A DNA stretch of 64,000 nucleotides, from the NCBI GenBank assembly GCA_012026655.1, contig JAAILG010001210.1:1-64000 (forward strand), given 5' to 3'. The position numbers and the translations under genes were made by a program. Positions 38,325 through 50,630 of the stretch are shown piece after piece. Each line of letters begins with the position of its first letter. Position 1 is the stretch's first letter. Origin of the DNA: Hydrolagus affinis (taxonomy: Eukaryota). Below the pieces are notes generated by a model. It worked only from the letters and a program-made list of their open reading frames with translations, had not been told where the DNA came from and did not search any database.

Positions 38325-38719
38325 CAGTAAAAGCTTGGTTATCCGGCACCCTTGGGACCTGACCGGTGCCTTTTAATCAAATATGCTGGATATTCGAGCG
38401 GCAAGTTGCCGAAAATCCTACACAAAAAATTTACTTAATTTAAAACATGCACCATATTAATAATAGACTAAATAATAACAAAATATTGTATGGATACTTA
38501 CGAATAAAGCATTCCAGCACACTCGGTAAAATAAAAATTCCAGCGTTCATTAAGTTTAATAAGTGCGCATGTACATGCATGCACAAAGTGAGCATACTCG
38601 TGAGTGTCCCAGATAGCTCTGGTATGAGATCTGTTTGCTGGAATGGTGAATTGTATTGGGAAATACCGGTTGGTTGAGCGTTCCGGTTGGTTGGGTGCCG
38701 TATAAACAAGCTTTTACTA
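38325..38719 (-). mobile_element. Tc1/mariner MITE, copy B (inverted relative to 19564-19951)
   Basis: TA|CAGTAAAAGCTTGGTTATCCGGCACC ... GTGCCGTATAAACAAGCTTTTACTA|TA. Confidence 0.88.
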
Positions 38720-38874
38720 TATTTGCATCAGTTATTGCTGCCTCATTCTGTTTCCACATGCAGTACAATAGGTTATGCCTAGGATTCTTTCAGCTTAATA
38801 ATTATTCTTACATTTGGTTATTTGAACCATATAATGTCTTCACGATATCTCAAAGTGTGTCATAGGATCTTACT

Positions 38875-39147
38875 GTTCACCCTCTCTGCCTCCACCCTTT
38901 GGAACTCCATACCACAATCCCTTGGCCTTGCTCCCCCGCCTCCTTCAAAACCCGGGTTAAGACTCTCCTTTTCGAATGTGTCTTCAGCCGCCCATCTTCT
39001 CTCTGCCTTCCCTGATCCCAACTCTGTCCATTCCCCCCCCTCCCCGCCCATACTTGGATCCTGATCCCTGATTGTTCCGTGCCTTAGAACCGTGTCCTCC
39101 CCACATGAAAGCCACTTTACAAATATAATTTTTTGTTATTGTTGTTG
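38875..39147 (+). mobile_element. L2 3' fragment
   Basis: SASTLWNSIPQSLGLA peptide and L2-type tail. Confidence 0.75.
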
Positions 39148-39646
39148 TACCACTACTAATTTACAATAAACGCTTCCTTTTACAACAACATCCAATCTTG
39201 CTTTAACATTTTAGCCCTAAATATGGCTACATCAGAGTAGAGAGGGTACTTTTAAAAAAAACGGCAGTAGTACAAGTATTTTGTGTGTAGCGACCTTTCC
39301 CATGGTATTTGTCTACATTACTTCTCCTGAGGTTTACCCTTTGAGACAAAATCACATTTATTACTCTATTAAATGTGGAATAGCACTACCTATTTCTTGT
39401 TTACAAGCAAATTCAGGAACCCAAATAAACTTATTATCTTCTGCAACCAGTCATTTTCTTTCACTTGTATATAAAACATACTAGCATTTAGTTTTTTTTT
39501 GTCAGTCAAGTGTTCCTCAGAAATTCATCACAATGCTAAAGACTATACCTCAGCCAATTCACCGAGTTATACATATGTGTGGAAATATAGTAGCGTTAAA
39601 TATTTGGCCAATTTTATATTTTAAAAGTATTTTTTTTCCCTTGTAG

Positions 39647-39880
39647 ATGGATCTCTCTGTGGAAGCCTTGTTCACCATTATGCAGGAGCGGCAAAAGAGA
39701 TACGCCAAGTATGCTGAGCAAATCCAGAAGGTTAATGAGATGTCTGCTATCCTCCGACGCATACAGATGGGCATAGATCAAACTATTCCGTTAATGCAGA
39801 AACTCAATAGCCTACTGCCAGAGAATGATCGACTTGAACACTTCAGCATGAAGCCTGACAAAGATTCAAAGCATCAGTAG
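39647..39880 (+). CDS. BORCS5: BORCS5 last coding exon ([45 protein letters not shown]...[12 protein letters not shown])
   Basis: Acceptor ttttcccttgtag|, phase 0, TAG stop at 39878-39880. Spliced CDS is 58+147+158+234=597 nt, 198 aa. Confidence 0.97.
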   Translation: MDLSVEALFTIMQERQKRYAKYAEQIQKVNEMSAILRRIQMGIDQTIPLMQKLNSLLPENDRLEHFSMKPDKDSKHQ

Positions 39881-40513
39881 ACAATTCGGAGTTGTGTCTC
39901 TCTATCCTTTGCACTCCACGAAAATCCTGCAGTTCATTAGTCAGTAGTGGGCTGTAGCTCATCTTAGGGATCAGATGTTGAGAAAAATTATAAAGCATCA
40001 TGCATTTGCAGGCATGCTGATCATCAGTAGTAATCCACTATCTGCTGCTGCTTCAGAATGATTGGCAATACTCAATATGCCTCCTGATAGTAGCCTCCTG
40101 ATATACTGTACATTATAATATGTGAAGACAAAGGATGGTTTCTCACAAACCAGCTGTGATTGCATTTTTGGGGGCTCAATGTAATTTATTATTGGTTAGT
40201 ATCAGATCTGTTTAAGACTGGAGAGAAATTGGGCTGAAACATCTGAGCCGATTTGCACTTTTCCAAACAGACATAGGATTGCAACAGCCTCTACCAGAGT
40301 AGTTTAATTGATGTATGCAAAGTAACATGACATTAATACTCTGATTTGCAACTTCTCCACTTAGCTCATGGCACCACCACTTTGGTCTCATTGTAGTGTG
40401 GGACACCAGTTACCTGTGCCTTGTTTGTCTGGTAGGCATGGTCTTGACAGCTTTAGCAGATCATTTCTCCCCTCATTTACTGTTTTGTGAAGAGATGAGC
40501 TGTACTGTACTTG

Positions 40514-40569
40514 AATAAAATGTACATTCACCTCCCCCAGTTTACTCAGGAACGTGACATTGTAATAAA
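40514..40569 (+). terminator. Candidate BORCS5 polyadenylation signals (AATAAA at 40514 and 40564; another at 40765)
   Basis: AATAAA hexamers ~630-690 nt after the stop codon. Usage cannot be shown from sequence. Confidence 0.4.
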
Positions 40570-43218
40570 AAAAAACTTGTGCATTTTAGAACCAATTCTG
40601 AATGTTGGAACTTTCTACTGTCAATGCAATTCTGACTGTAGATAATTTGAATTACATTTCCTTTAAATTACCTATTGGATTGATGTAGGTACATGTTGCT
40701 TTGCAGGTTAGTTCAAATAGATGTAAACTTGAACCTTGCAACTCAAATTTTGTGTGTTAAAAATAATAAACATTTTACTTGACTTTCTTTTGAAAGAAGG
40801 ACAGCACTTAAGAGTAGTAGTATTCATTGGTACCCAGGTTTTGCAGACACTACCTACAGATGAAATGTATTTAATCACCATGTATTGATACATGGTGGAA
40901 CTTTTAAACTAAATGATACAAACATATTACATGGGAGGTGGAGGGGTTGGGGAGTATTTTTGACTTGCCAGTAAATATACAGAATGATCTGTGTGTATTC
41001 ACCAACAAGCAAAAAAAATCACCTAATTGTGATTAAACTGGACCGGTTATCAATCAAGGAATTAAGTCTGACAGTGTATTGCTTTGAAGCGATGAAGGGA
41101 AAGGAGAAATAATTGCAAAAATAGCAACAACTGTTTCACTGTTACATAGCTAGGACATGTACAGTACATACCGTCCACTTGCAGAAAGTGTTAGTTGATT
41201 GGCAGTCATGCACTTTGTCCTGTGTTTTGCTAAACCTGCTGCTGTTACCTAAACAGGTACGAGGGAAATTATTTGGTGTGAGGTTGCATTGTTTTGAGTG
41301 CATGCCTTCACTGTTTTTCAGTTTTATCCCCTCCTGAAAAATCACCTCAAGTTTTGATGTTCATTTTGTTTCATTTCTTTGTACAGTAATGTGTGTTGTA
41401 TTGCATACACCTTTGAACAGTAAAACAAATTGACTAACAGTCGAGTTCCTACTTTGTTTTGCTTTGATGATGTATTGTAAATCATTAGTGACTTGGTGTT
41501 AATATTCCCATTGTATGTACTTGTATATATGAGGGACAGAAGGGAATGAAGGGAAATGGGAGAGGCCAGGGAATGGGGGGTTAGGATGAAAATTCAACAC
41601 ATTGTGGACTAGTTGGTCCGAATGGCCTCTTTGTTGCTACAGATTAAATGTAATGTACTGCAGTGAATTTGATCAATAGTTGAGGGAAAGTATAGATCCA
41701 ATGATATTTGAGTGTCCTCTCTCATAATTGAAATGGCCATGGACCAGTATGTCTCTTGTACAGAATTGTTAATAATCGTATCATTTGATATAACATTTTA
41801 TATCGTCAGAACACTTCACAGGATTTAGGACTGTGGAGTGACTCTGCTTGAAAAGGTCAATCCGTGCACAGGAATCCTTTGAATCACTTTTTTTTTTAAA
41901 AATCAATACTGCTCAAATGCAGTCTCCTTTCTAGTTCATATCCAAATTAATTTAAGTTGCCTCTACATCCATCTTAACATTAACACACTGTCTCCTACTG
42001 CCAGTCTTTCCCAGGACCTCGTGTTTATAGAATTTCTGGTCTCACTCAACTCGTCAGTAGGCTTTTGAAGCCAAGACTCCTGTTGCTTAATCATTTTTTG
42101 GCATCTTGTGTTTTCCTGCTATTTGTTTGAATGTTGGTGTCCTACATTATCCAACATTCATCTTGGCTTTCAATTTGTTTTAAATTCACACAAGAACATT
42201 TCTGTGAAATGGAAATAAATCACATTAGGTTTAAGCTTCTTTCCATTCAGCTGGAAGTTTTATGCACTTCAAAGTGCCCATCCATTGCTTATGAAAATGC
42301 TTCAGCAAACACCTGGTAATAGATTTTTTTTGTACAAGATTGATAATTAATTTATACCTGATGGAAGATGTTGTGAGCAAGTGGCAGGAAGTGGCATTGT
42401 ACTGCAATTTCCCCACATTTCACCATTCTGATCTCATCCACGCATTGGATGGAAGTACGATTTGGATGGAAAACACAGGACAAGGTGTTTTCCCATAGGA
42501 AAGGGGACATAAACTGTATCGGACAGTGTTGGCAATAACCCAATGGCGGAAGCCATCTGCGGGGCCTTACAATTAACCCCCTGAATATTCGCACTAGTCT
42601 AGATAAGCGCGTTTTTGATTGGTAGTATGTTTCCAGGTGTTTCTTGATTGAATATTTCGTAATTTGTGGCATAAATGTTCAAGAACATTTATTTTGGCCA
42701 CCACTGGCATAATACAGGGTTGCCCATGTATCTGATCTACACTGTTTAAGGCCTGCATAATATACATTGCAGCCAGGACCAAATGTCTTACAGTCATTGC
42801 AGATCCTCAGTGGATAAGTGAATAGGGGCGGAAAGTCACACATTTACTGAATAACAATTCTCTGCATCCCCAAACCAGATCTCCCATCCATCAGTTTTCT
42901 TGAAGCACAAGCTTCAGTTCATTACAACAACAATGAGGATTCATGTTGCATCCTTCGTGTGAGGTATTGTCTCAGAATGCAAGATTAATTGGAATGGTGA
43001 TGAGCGCATTGCACTGGACTACTTTATGAAACCACTCAATGCCATAAAGTAAGTGTAGTATTCTGGAAAGACGAGATTAAAAGTACCTTATTCATCCAAA
43101 GTGATTTTTCGCTCCTTGTCTTCCCAACGTGAAAGGCAAATATTATTATCTGCAACACACTGAGTACGTGAAACACTGGTTTAAGTCACACTTGTATGTA
43201 ACAAGTACCATCTCCGAT

Positions 43219-43224
43219 TTTATT
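43219..43224 (-). terminator. Candidate DUSP16 polyadenylation signal (alternatives at 43752-43757 and 42688-42693)
   Basis: tttatt on + equals AATAAA on -, about 940 nt past the DUSP16 stop. Not verifiable without transcripts. Confidence 0.35.
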
Positions 43225-44161
43225 TCAACATCTCATTTCACCTGAAGATAAACATTTGTCGCTATCACCACTGACAACTTTCCATACACCCAATACATTA
43301 TACTCTAGACATTTGAACCAAATAGTTCCACCCTGTCCAGACACATTGTACCACCCTGAACAAGTTTCCAGCACTTCTCCACCAGAAGACTCCTACAAGC
43401 ATCCTTCTACCCTGTCACTCATGCACACTGCACAGAAATCACACATCTGTTTCACTTTACTTTTGTTTTGTCACTTGCTTTTGACATGTGCCCTCTACAT
43501 TACATGGTCACAAGTAAAATGTACACACAGACCGTTTTCTCAGTGCTAATTCACCACATTAGCAGTTTAACTCAGACCTACCAGAAAAACTGTATATCTC
43601 ATCTGTATAAAGTAAGACCTGAGATCTGATTTTGCTGAATACCTACATACAGTATAAGAAGCTTTCTTTTTTTAAAAAATTCTGAGGTATTTGCTCTAAG
43701 CAGCACTGGCACATTACCTATCCATAAATTCAAATCAAGATAGTTACAATGTTTATTTACAGATGCAAAAAGTATTTGCATCAGGCAAGCTATGATTACA
43801 CACCAGGTATCCAGATTCTGCCAGCTTGTCTGGAATTTAAAAAATAAATCTCCACAGAACTTGGCTCAGTCTTCGGAGGCAAAGTGCATTAATGGACAAT
43901 CGCATAATGCTAACTGGTATTTTTTTTCCCCATACGAATAAGGAAAGCCTGACAATTCTGCTTCATTGCATTGATTAGATAAGTGACTTGTATGTTTAAT
44001 TAATAGCGAACAAACAGTTGTCCCCTATAGCATTTGAGTAACAATAGTCTGTATTTAGATGTCCTTGCTTGGAAGTTGGGAAGTGCAGTTTTTGCAGACA
44101 CTATCTAGACATGTGAAGTACAACTTCACTAAATCACCACAGTCTGCATTCTCGCATTCTT

Positions 44162-45371
44162 TCAGGATACTTCAATGATTTCCATGCTGCCAGAGAAACT
44201 GGACTGACTTCCAATTTTCCCGAGGTCCTCCCGGGACCTGCTTTCATTCATTCCCTCCTCGAACTCCATTTGGCAACTGCGGCGTTTGTACTGTTTTTCG
44301 AACGGGCTTTCCTCGTGCCAGCTGCGCCTGGAATCTCGCCGGTCGCAGTGCTTTTCCCGCCTTCGGACCATCCCAGCCTGGTCACAGCCGGTCGGTAGTT
44401 GACTACAGCTGAAGGCAGAGTAGGCCGTTGACCCTCCAAACAGAGCTGTGCTGGACATAAAGTGAGGAGGCTGTCCCGCCAAGGCCTCGGTTGCAAAGTA
44501 CCAGGTGTTCGTCAATGATGCCGTTGGAGTCTGAGGTGAGAGTATATCTGAGTGCCATCCCTTGAGTCCCATCCCTGCTGCAGATGTTGCCAAATGCTGC
44601 TGGCTGCTTGAGAGGCCCAGCAGGAAGTTTGTTCTATAGTTATCCTCCATGCTGCCACTTCTGTGCAAGGGACACAGCAGTGTTCTGGGCACTGGGGCTG
44701 TGCTCGAGGCCATTTGCGTTGAAGTAGTAGCTGTACTTTTTGGTGTTCCCTGCTCCCATATGGTTTGTGGCTGGTTGGTGCTGGCCTCTAACACGGGGTG
44801 GATAGCATGCTTCGAAAGCTGCTCCATTTCTCCCTGAATGGCGGAGAAATGGTAGGATTCGCCTTCATTCAGTTCCATGGGAAGATCACAACCACTTTTC
44901 AAACCGTCAGGAACTGGCGAAGAACCGGGCTCGCCGCTGCTTACGGAATACGATACAGACTTTATGTCTAAAGAAAATGAGCGCTTTAACCGATTGTTGT
45001 CCTCCAGCCTGTCTACGGACAGGGTAAGTCCGTTGATCCCTTGTTCCAGAGGCCACTCCTCTTCCATGTTGGAAATTGTGGGTTCCATAAGTGCAGATAA
45101 TGGTGTGGCTAGTTCAGTAGTGTTCTGATCCACAATGGCCGAGGTAGAGGGTTTGAAGGGTTGGCTTTCTCTGACAGCGTCGAACTGGCCGCTGTCCTGA
45201 GCTGCTCGCTGCTCCCCGGCTCGTTCTAGCTGCAGAAGTGTCAGTTTGGTAATGGCTCCTAACTGCCCAGTCGACTGCAGCATCTGTGGCTTCAGCTTTT
45301 TCTCGAAATCCAGCAATTGGCCAAGGAAGTTAAAGTTGGGTGAAATGGTTGGCCTCTTCTCCTTGACAAAT
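44162..45371 (-). CDS. DUSP16: DUSP16 (MKP-7) last coding exon: end of phosphatase domain and long C-terminal tail
   Basis: Acceptor aaag|A TTT GTC. Translates (R)FVKEKRPTISPNFNFLGQLLDFEKK...RLKRSFSLDIKSVSYS...GLKGWHSDIL...DSRRSWHEESPFEKQYKRRSCQMEF...SQSSFSGSMEIIEVS*. The GWHSDIL and RRSWHEESPFEKQ blocks favour DUSP16 over its paralog DUSP8, as does adjacency to BORCS5. Confidence 0.96.
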
Positions 45372-45439
45372 CTTTAAAATTTTTAAGAATTAAAAAAAAT
45401 TATTTCATTCATAAATCAGAAAGCATCACAGTTCAGGAT

Positions 45440-45755
45440 AACAATAATAATCCTTGCATTTGATATAGAGTCTTATCACGTCTTCAAAGACATCTCAGAG
45501 CACTTTGTTGTATATAATGTAAAGGGGATTGACTGTATATTTTGTTAGTGAAATGCTGTAGCCAATTTGTGCACAAACAAGATTCCACAAACAGCCATGG
45601 AGTGAGAAATCCATTTTTTTTAAGGGGTCGAATTTATTAGCCAGGATACCGAGAGAAACAACCTTCTCTTTTCGAACCATGCCATAGGACATTTAATGTC
45701 TACCTGAATAGGCAAATAGGCACTAAGTTTAATGTCTCATCTGAATGAACAGTCA
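45440..45755 (-). mobile_element. Deu-like SINE copy close to the last DUSP16 acceptor
   Basis: TAATCCTTGCATTTGATATAG tail, core, and GCCATAGGACATTTAATGTCTACCTGAATAGGC. Confidence 0.75.
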
Positions 45756-47833
45756 GAGACTTGTCCCAACAATGGCCATTGGAAGTCCTGTGAAGATCTG
45801 ATCAGCCAAATAGGTTGCGTAGGCAAACAGAACAAAAAGTCCAGGTGTTGTCCTTTAACCGCAGTGGTTGCTCGCTATCTATACTTAGAGCTAGGAGAGC
45901 AGTGAGTGCCCAGGTGTGCTGGTGCAAATGCAAAGAGTATGCACTTAAAATCAATATGAGAGACAACAATTCTGCCTCCTTCTCAACCATTTGCTCTTCT
46001 CTCCAGTTTTCCAAAATCGTTGCACTGTTCCAATGTCCACTCCTATTCACCTCTCAGTTAGAATTTGTTCCAAATACACACAATCTACTAAAAGCTGCTG
46101 GCTGTATTGAATGGCAACCCAATTAACCCCATATTAGAGAGCTATATAATATCAGGGAGTAAATCTAATTCAATGCCACGAAGCTTGAAAATCAAATGGA
46201 TCTTTTCAGTGGATCCAATCTTGTAGCTCTTCCAGCTTCTGACAGTCACAACACACAAATTGCAGAAAACAACATGTAGACCTGTTAAGTATACTTTTTT
46301 ATTTTCAAAAATTGCACAGGTCTTTTGCTGCATATTTTTAAAGCTGATGAAAAATGTCTTTTTTTAAAAAAAATCCCAAGGTTTGGAGGTGGATAGGAAA
46401 TGATTGTGGTGATTTTGCAAACCATTTTACAATTATCTTTTTAAAAACAAATTAACGTGGCGTTATGTTTTAAAATTTTCTCTCAATTGACAATGCCTTT
46501 GATCCTGGTCCCCAGTCTCCTCTTGCTGGGATGCATTCCACAAGCCAGGATATGCTCTTTGGTACCCTGACCAAAGTGACTATTGTTCACTATTATTATC
46601 TGTATCAGCAAGTCTGTAGTGGGCATCACAGCTGAGCCAGTTCTCTCCCCATCCGGCTGCCACACTTGCACACGTGGATGCATGCACACATGCACCCACG
46701 CACACAGCTGAAGATAGACCAGGAAAGCCAGCTGGTTTGAACATTACCACACTCGTAAGGTTTCAAGATGCCTCATTGATACTATGGGCCGACCAAGCTG
46801 CTCAGAAACAAATTCAGGTCAAAACGTCACCACATTGGCCACTTGAGAATGTCTGCACTGAGCAGATGTCAGACCGCAACAATGCAAACGTCTCGAATGT
46901 GGTTTTCACTATTTTAGTTTAGTTTCAATTTTTAAACATTATAACTGTTGGCATTTTAGCAGCTGCCTCGCTGACATTAACTCTGTACAAATCCCACCCC
47001 ACCCCCACCCCCACCCTACCTACAGCTCTAGTAACATTGCTGGGGGTGGATTATGGGGGTGGAAAGTGAACCGAAAAAAGCCCCTTTTTACTTCAGCCAT
47101 TTAGGAGATTTCTCTGAATTCATCACAGCAACATCTGTACTCCCCAACCTCTCTTCTCCTCTACTCCGCCTCCTTCCCAGATTCCCATCGCTATCTATAT
47201 GCAAAAAGGTAAAATTGAATAAACAGTGATAACCCAGTTGAGGAATAAGGAGCGAAGTACTGTATAACAAAAATCTCTTACTTCAAACCAAAGTACAAAC
47301 GTTTTTCTTGCTCACTGGCCAGGAAGCTAGATTTTCTGCTGCCCATCTCCTTCTGAGCTAGACAACCTACCATTACAACCTGCTACCAGATTTCCATTGT
47401 TTTTAGGCCTGTGATCTGTGTCATTGCTCAGTCAGTGCTACACAAAATGCTGCCTGTTGGTTGTAAAATTCCAGCTGTGTACACAAGATGCTTTCATTTG
47501 TCTTCAGAATCACTTTGTTGAGTCGGCTACTTTGGGTGACAAATAGCTGAACTACAGTAATGACGGCACCTTGCACAGCTGCAGTTTGATGTGATCGAGA
47601 CAACGTGGCAGATCACAGGGAAAGCAGAATCCATGGTTTTGTTCTCCACCCCTTGTGAGCAGGTAGATCAGGGCTTTATGACTGTACTACTGTTTCCACT
47701 GTAATGATCTGTGTGTACAAATAACTTTAATCTAATTTATTACTACCCTCTAACTTCCTCCATTTTAATATTTTCACAACTTGTAGGAAGCACCATGCAC
47801 AGAAAGCATCAGCAACAATACAACACTTCTTAC

Positions 47834-47957
47834 CTATAAGCTTCATCCAGTGACATGTCCATTCTTTTCATGATGTAAGCTATGGCGATGGTGGCAGAAC
47901 GAGAAATTCCAGCTAGGCAGTGCACTAACACACGACCATTTGATGCTTTTGCCTTCT
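47834..47957 (-). CDS. DUSP16: DUSP16 catalytic exon (EKAKASNGRVLVHCLAGISRSATIAIAYIMKRMDMSLDEAYR)
   Basis: Intact HCxxGxxRS motif (47896-47922). Acceptor tctgtag|, donor AG|GTAAGA. 124 nt, phase 1-2. Confidence 0.97.
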
Positions 47958-48939
47958 CTACAGATAGAATGATGAATGAATATGAGAATGGATAGAACTC
48001 AAGTCTTACATATTCTAAAGTTATTTGAGGTGATAGCTTATTATTTTGCAACGTTAAGAGCATTGCTTTTCAAACATATGTATTTAATATTGTTATCTAA
48101 CTGCCCGCCCACCACCACCACCACTTAACCTTCCCTTACTAATCCCTATAATGTGTACACCATTGCGGCTTTGTTAAAAGTGGTTTGAAAATGAGTTTGG
48201 AATGCAATGTACTTCTTCAATGCCACCTTGAATTTGCACACTGTACCGATATGTCTACTTGATCTTCCCCTGTGAGCCAAATTGGTAAAGGAGCTATATC
48301 AAATTGCAAGGATGCTTACTATTTTACTGTAATTCAATCACTCAGTCTGACCAAGAAATAGAAGGAAAATGGTTCCCAGAGCTCAAAAGATGCTCCTTAA
48401 TAGAATGGCCAAACATCATAACTCAATACATTCAATGAGAAATCTATGGGTTAATCTCCTAAACTCCCATTGATGGTAGGTTGGATCAGTGGGGAAGTAG
48501 CTAGAAGGAAGAAGTTAAACCGTTTAAATGATCAAAACCTAATTTACCACATCAAGCATTCTCTAAATGTCTAACAGGAATTCAGGATGAACAGCAGACA
48601 CAAAGCTTTTAGTAAAGATGCATGGAAATTGATTCTATTTGATGTCAAACATTTGGCTGGTAACAATTAGGCATTAAAATGAGAGAAAATTAATTTAACT
48701 TGAAGAGTTCAAATGTCATTAAAAAAATATGGGTTATCAACAGGTGGGCACATTTGTTTCAGTTCTCCAGTGCTTTGGTTTGATAAAAACAAACATTAAA
48801 ATGCAATCGGATGGGCCATCTGCAATACAATTCAGAGGTGTACCACCAACCAAAGATATGCAGTGAACATTTTTTTGTTCTCTTTTGCTTGACTCTTCTT
48901 AACACAAGTGCAACAATAATATTACAGAAGCCACATTAT

Positions 48940-49262
48940 GGGTACAATGTGGGAATATGCTTGTGATTTTCATACACATCAGGAACAATCATTTTGATGA
49001 AGTTGGTAGGCAAATGAGGCAGCCAATTTGCAAGCAGCAATGTCCCACAAAGAGCAATGAAATGAATGACCAATTTTATGTGGGGGCAATTGTTGTTCAG
49101 GATGTCCCTGGAAGTAACTCCCTTGTCTTTTCACATAGTACCCCAGGTTCCTAACGTCCATCTGAACAGGCAGATTGGTTTAATGTCTTTTCCAAAGAAT
49201 GGCACCTCTGACAATGCAGACTTCCCCAGTACTGCATAGGAGTGCCAGCCTAATTGCAAGTA
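48940..49262 (-). mobile_element. Old Deu-like SINE fragment
   Basis: GCAGCCAATTTGC..CCCACAAA..CATCTGAACAGGCAGA..GGCACCTCTGACAATGCAG. Confidence 0.7.
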
Positions 49263-49410
49263 TGGAGAACCAAGGAGAAGGAAGAAAATACACTTTACAG
49301 TAAAAAAAAACTTAACCAGTTCCATTGAGAAAATAGCAAAAAAAAATCTTTAATAGAACTTTTGGTAATAACAAAACCAAATAAGAATCAGTATGAAAGC
49401 CTGCACTGAC

Positions 49411-49570
49411 CTATAAATTCCACCGAGTTGTCAAGCCAAGGTAAAATCTTCTCACAAAAGCTGTCATTGACTGGAACACGAAGAAAGTGACTCTCTGGGA
49501 TAAAGTCAGGTTTTGGGCAGGTGTTACTTGCATTCAGGACGTAGCCAATATCAATCTGCTGCATGAGTTC
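49411..49570 (-). CDS. DUSP16: DUSP16 exon (ELMQQIDIGYVLNASNTCPKPDFIPESHFLRVPVNDSFCEKILPWLDNSVEFI); not in the ORF track
   Basis: Translated by hand. Acceptor ttatag|GAA, donor ATAG|GTCAGT. 160 nt, phase 0-1. Contains the general-acid loop Asp (VPVND). Confidence 0.95.
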
Positions 49571-50466
49571 CTATAATTTAAACAAAAAAAACTTAATGAG
49601 CTTACTGAAACAAATCAAATGGAAAGCATTAAAACCTTAAACCTTTGACACTGTTTGGCCATTATTCAACTTGAGTTAAGATGTAGAAAATTTAGTTCAA
49701 AGGATGTGGAACATTACTGGTACACGTCAGTGACACAATTAAGGCCATGATTTATTTAAATTTGCTTTATTTAAAAATCCCCAGGCACTCTACTTAGACA
49801 AAGAACGGGTGAAGGGGGAGGGGGGAAAATCAGGCTTTCCTAGTGATTTACTTCCTATCAGAGAGTTTACTGGGCAGCATTGTCCAAAACATGGGAACAG
49901 GCCAAAAATAAGGAGGGGAAGAAAAACTCTGCAGGTATGATGATGGTGGTGGTGAAGAAAAATCAGAGGTAGGTCACAACCCACTGTTTGTTGAGACATT
50001 TTTGGCCCACCTATAGATAACTTTCAAGTTTATTAATTCAGTTAAATGACAACATGAGAATAGGGAGAATAGGATAAAGGTATACGAGGTGGGAGTGAGG
50101 GAGATGGAGGATTATGATGAACGGAGGCTCCTGTGGAGTATAAACACCCACATAGATTAGTTGGGTTGAATGGCCTGATTCAATGCTGTACAGACTATGT
50201 GATTAAGTGAATCATAATAATAATAATCCTTGCATTTGATATAACACCTTACCACGACTTTGAAGATGTCTTAAAGTGCTTGTAAAATGAATTGTCAGTG
50301 TATTTTGCGGGTGAAACGCAGTCGAAAATTGAGCACCGCAGGATCCCACAAACAGTTTGGATTGGATTGAGAGTCCAATTTATTCCATTTTATTTTAAGG
50401 ATTGCTAACTCCATTTGACTTTTCTCAGAAAAGTTTATTCATTGGATGAAATGTCCTGCTGCTTAC

Positions 50467-50630
50467 CTGGTTCAACACATCTCGCTGGCAGCCAAGATAG
50501 AGATGAGGGAGAATTCGAGTGGGGCCAATATTAGTCACTGGTAAGCATGGCTGGGAAATGCTTGTGGGCACCAGAGCAGATTTCCCTTCACACAGACCAG
50601 GAAAGCTAGATGAAAATGCAGCATATCCGC
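50467..50630 (-). CDS. DUSP16: DUSP16 exon (GGYAAFSSSFPGLCEGKSALVPTSISQPCLPVTNIGPTRILPHLYLGCQRDVLNQ)
   Basis: Acceptor ctttag|GC, donor CAG|GTAAGC. 164 nt, phase 1-0. End of rhodanese domain and start of DSP domain. Confidence 0.96.

Noticed and set aside
44248-45128. Alternative-frame and antisense ORFs over the DUSP16 last exon
   Set aside because: Short shadows of a real CDS with no independent support.
46993-47062. C-rich and G-rich tracts with G-quadruplex or hairpin potential
   Set aside because: Low-complexity tracts like this are common in the window and nothing indicates function.
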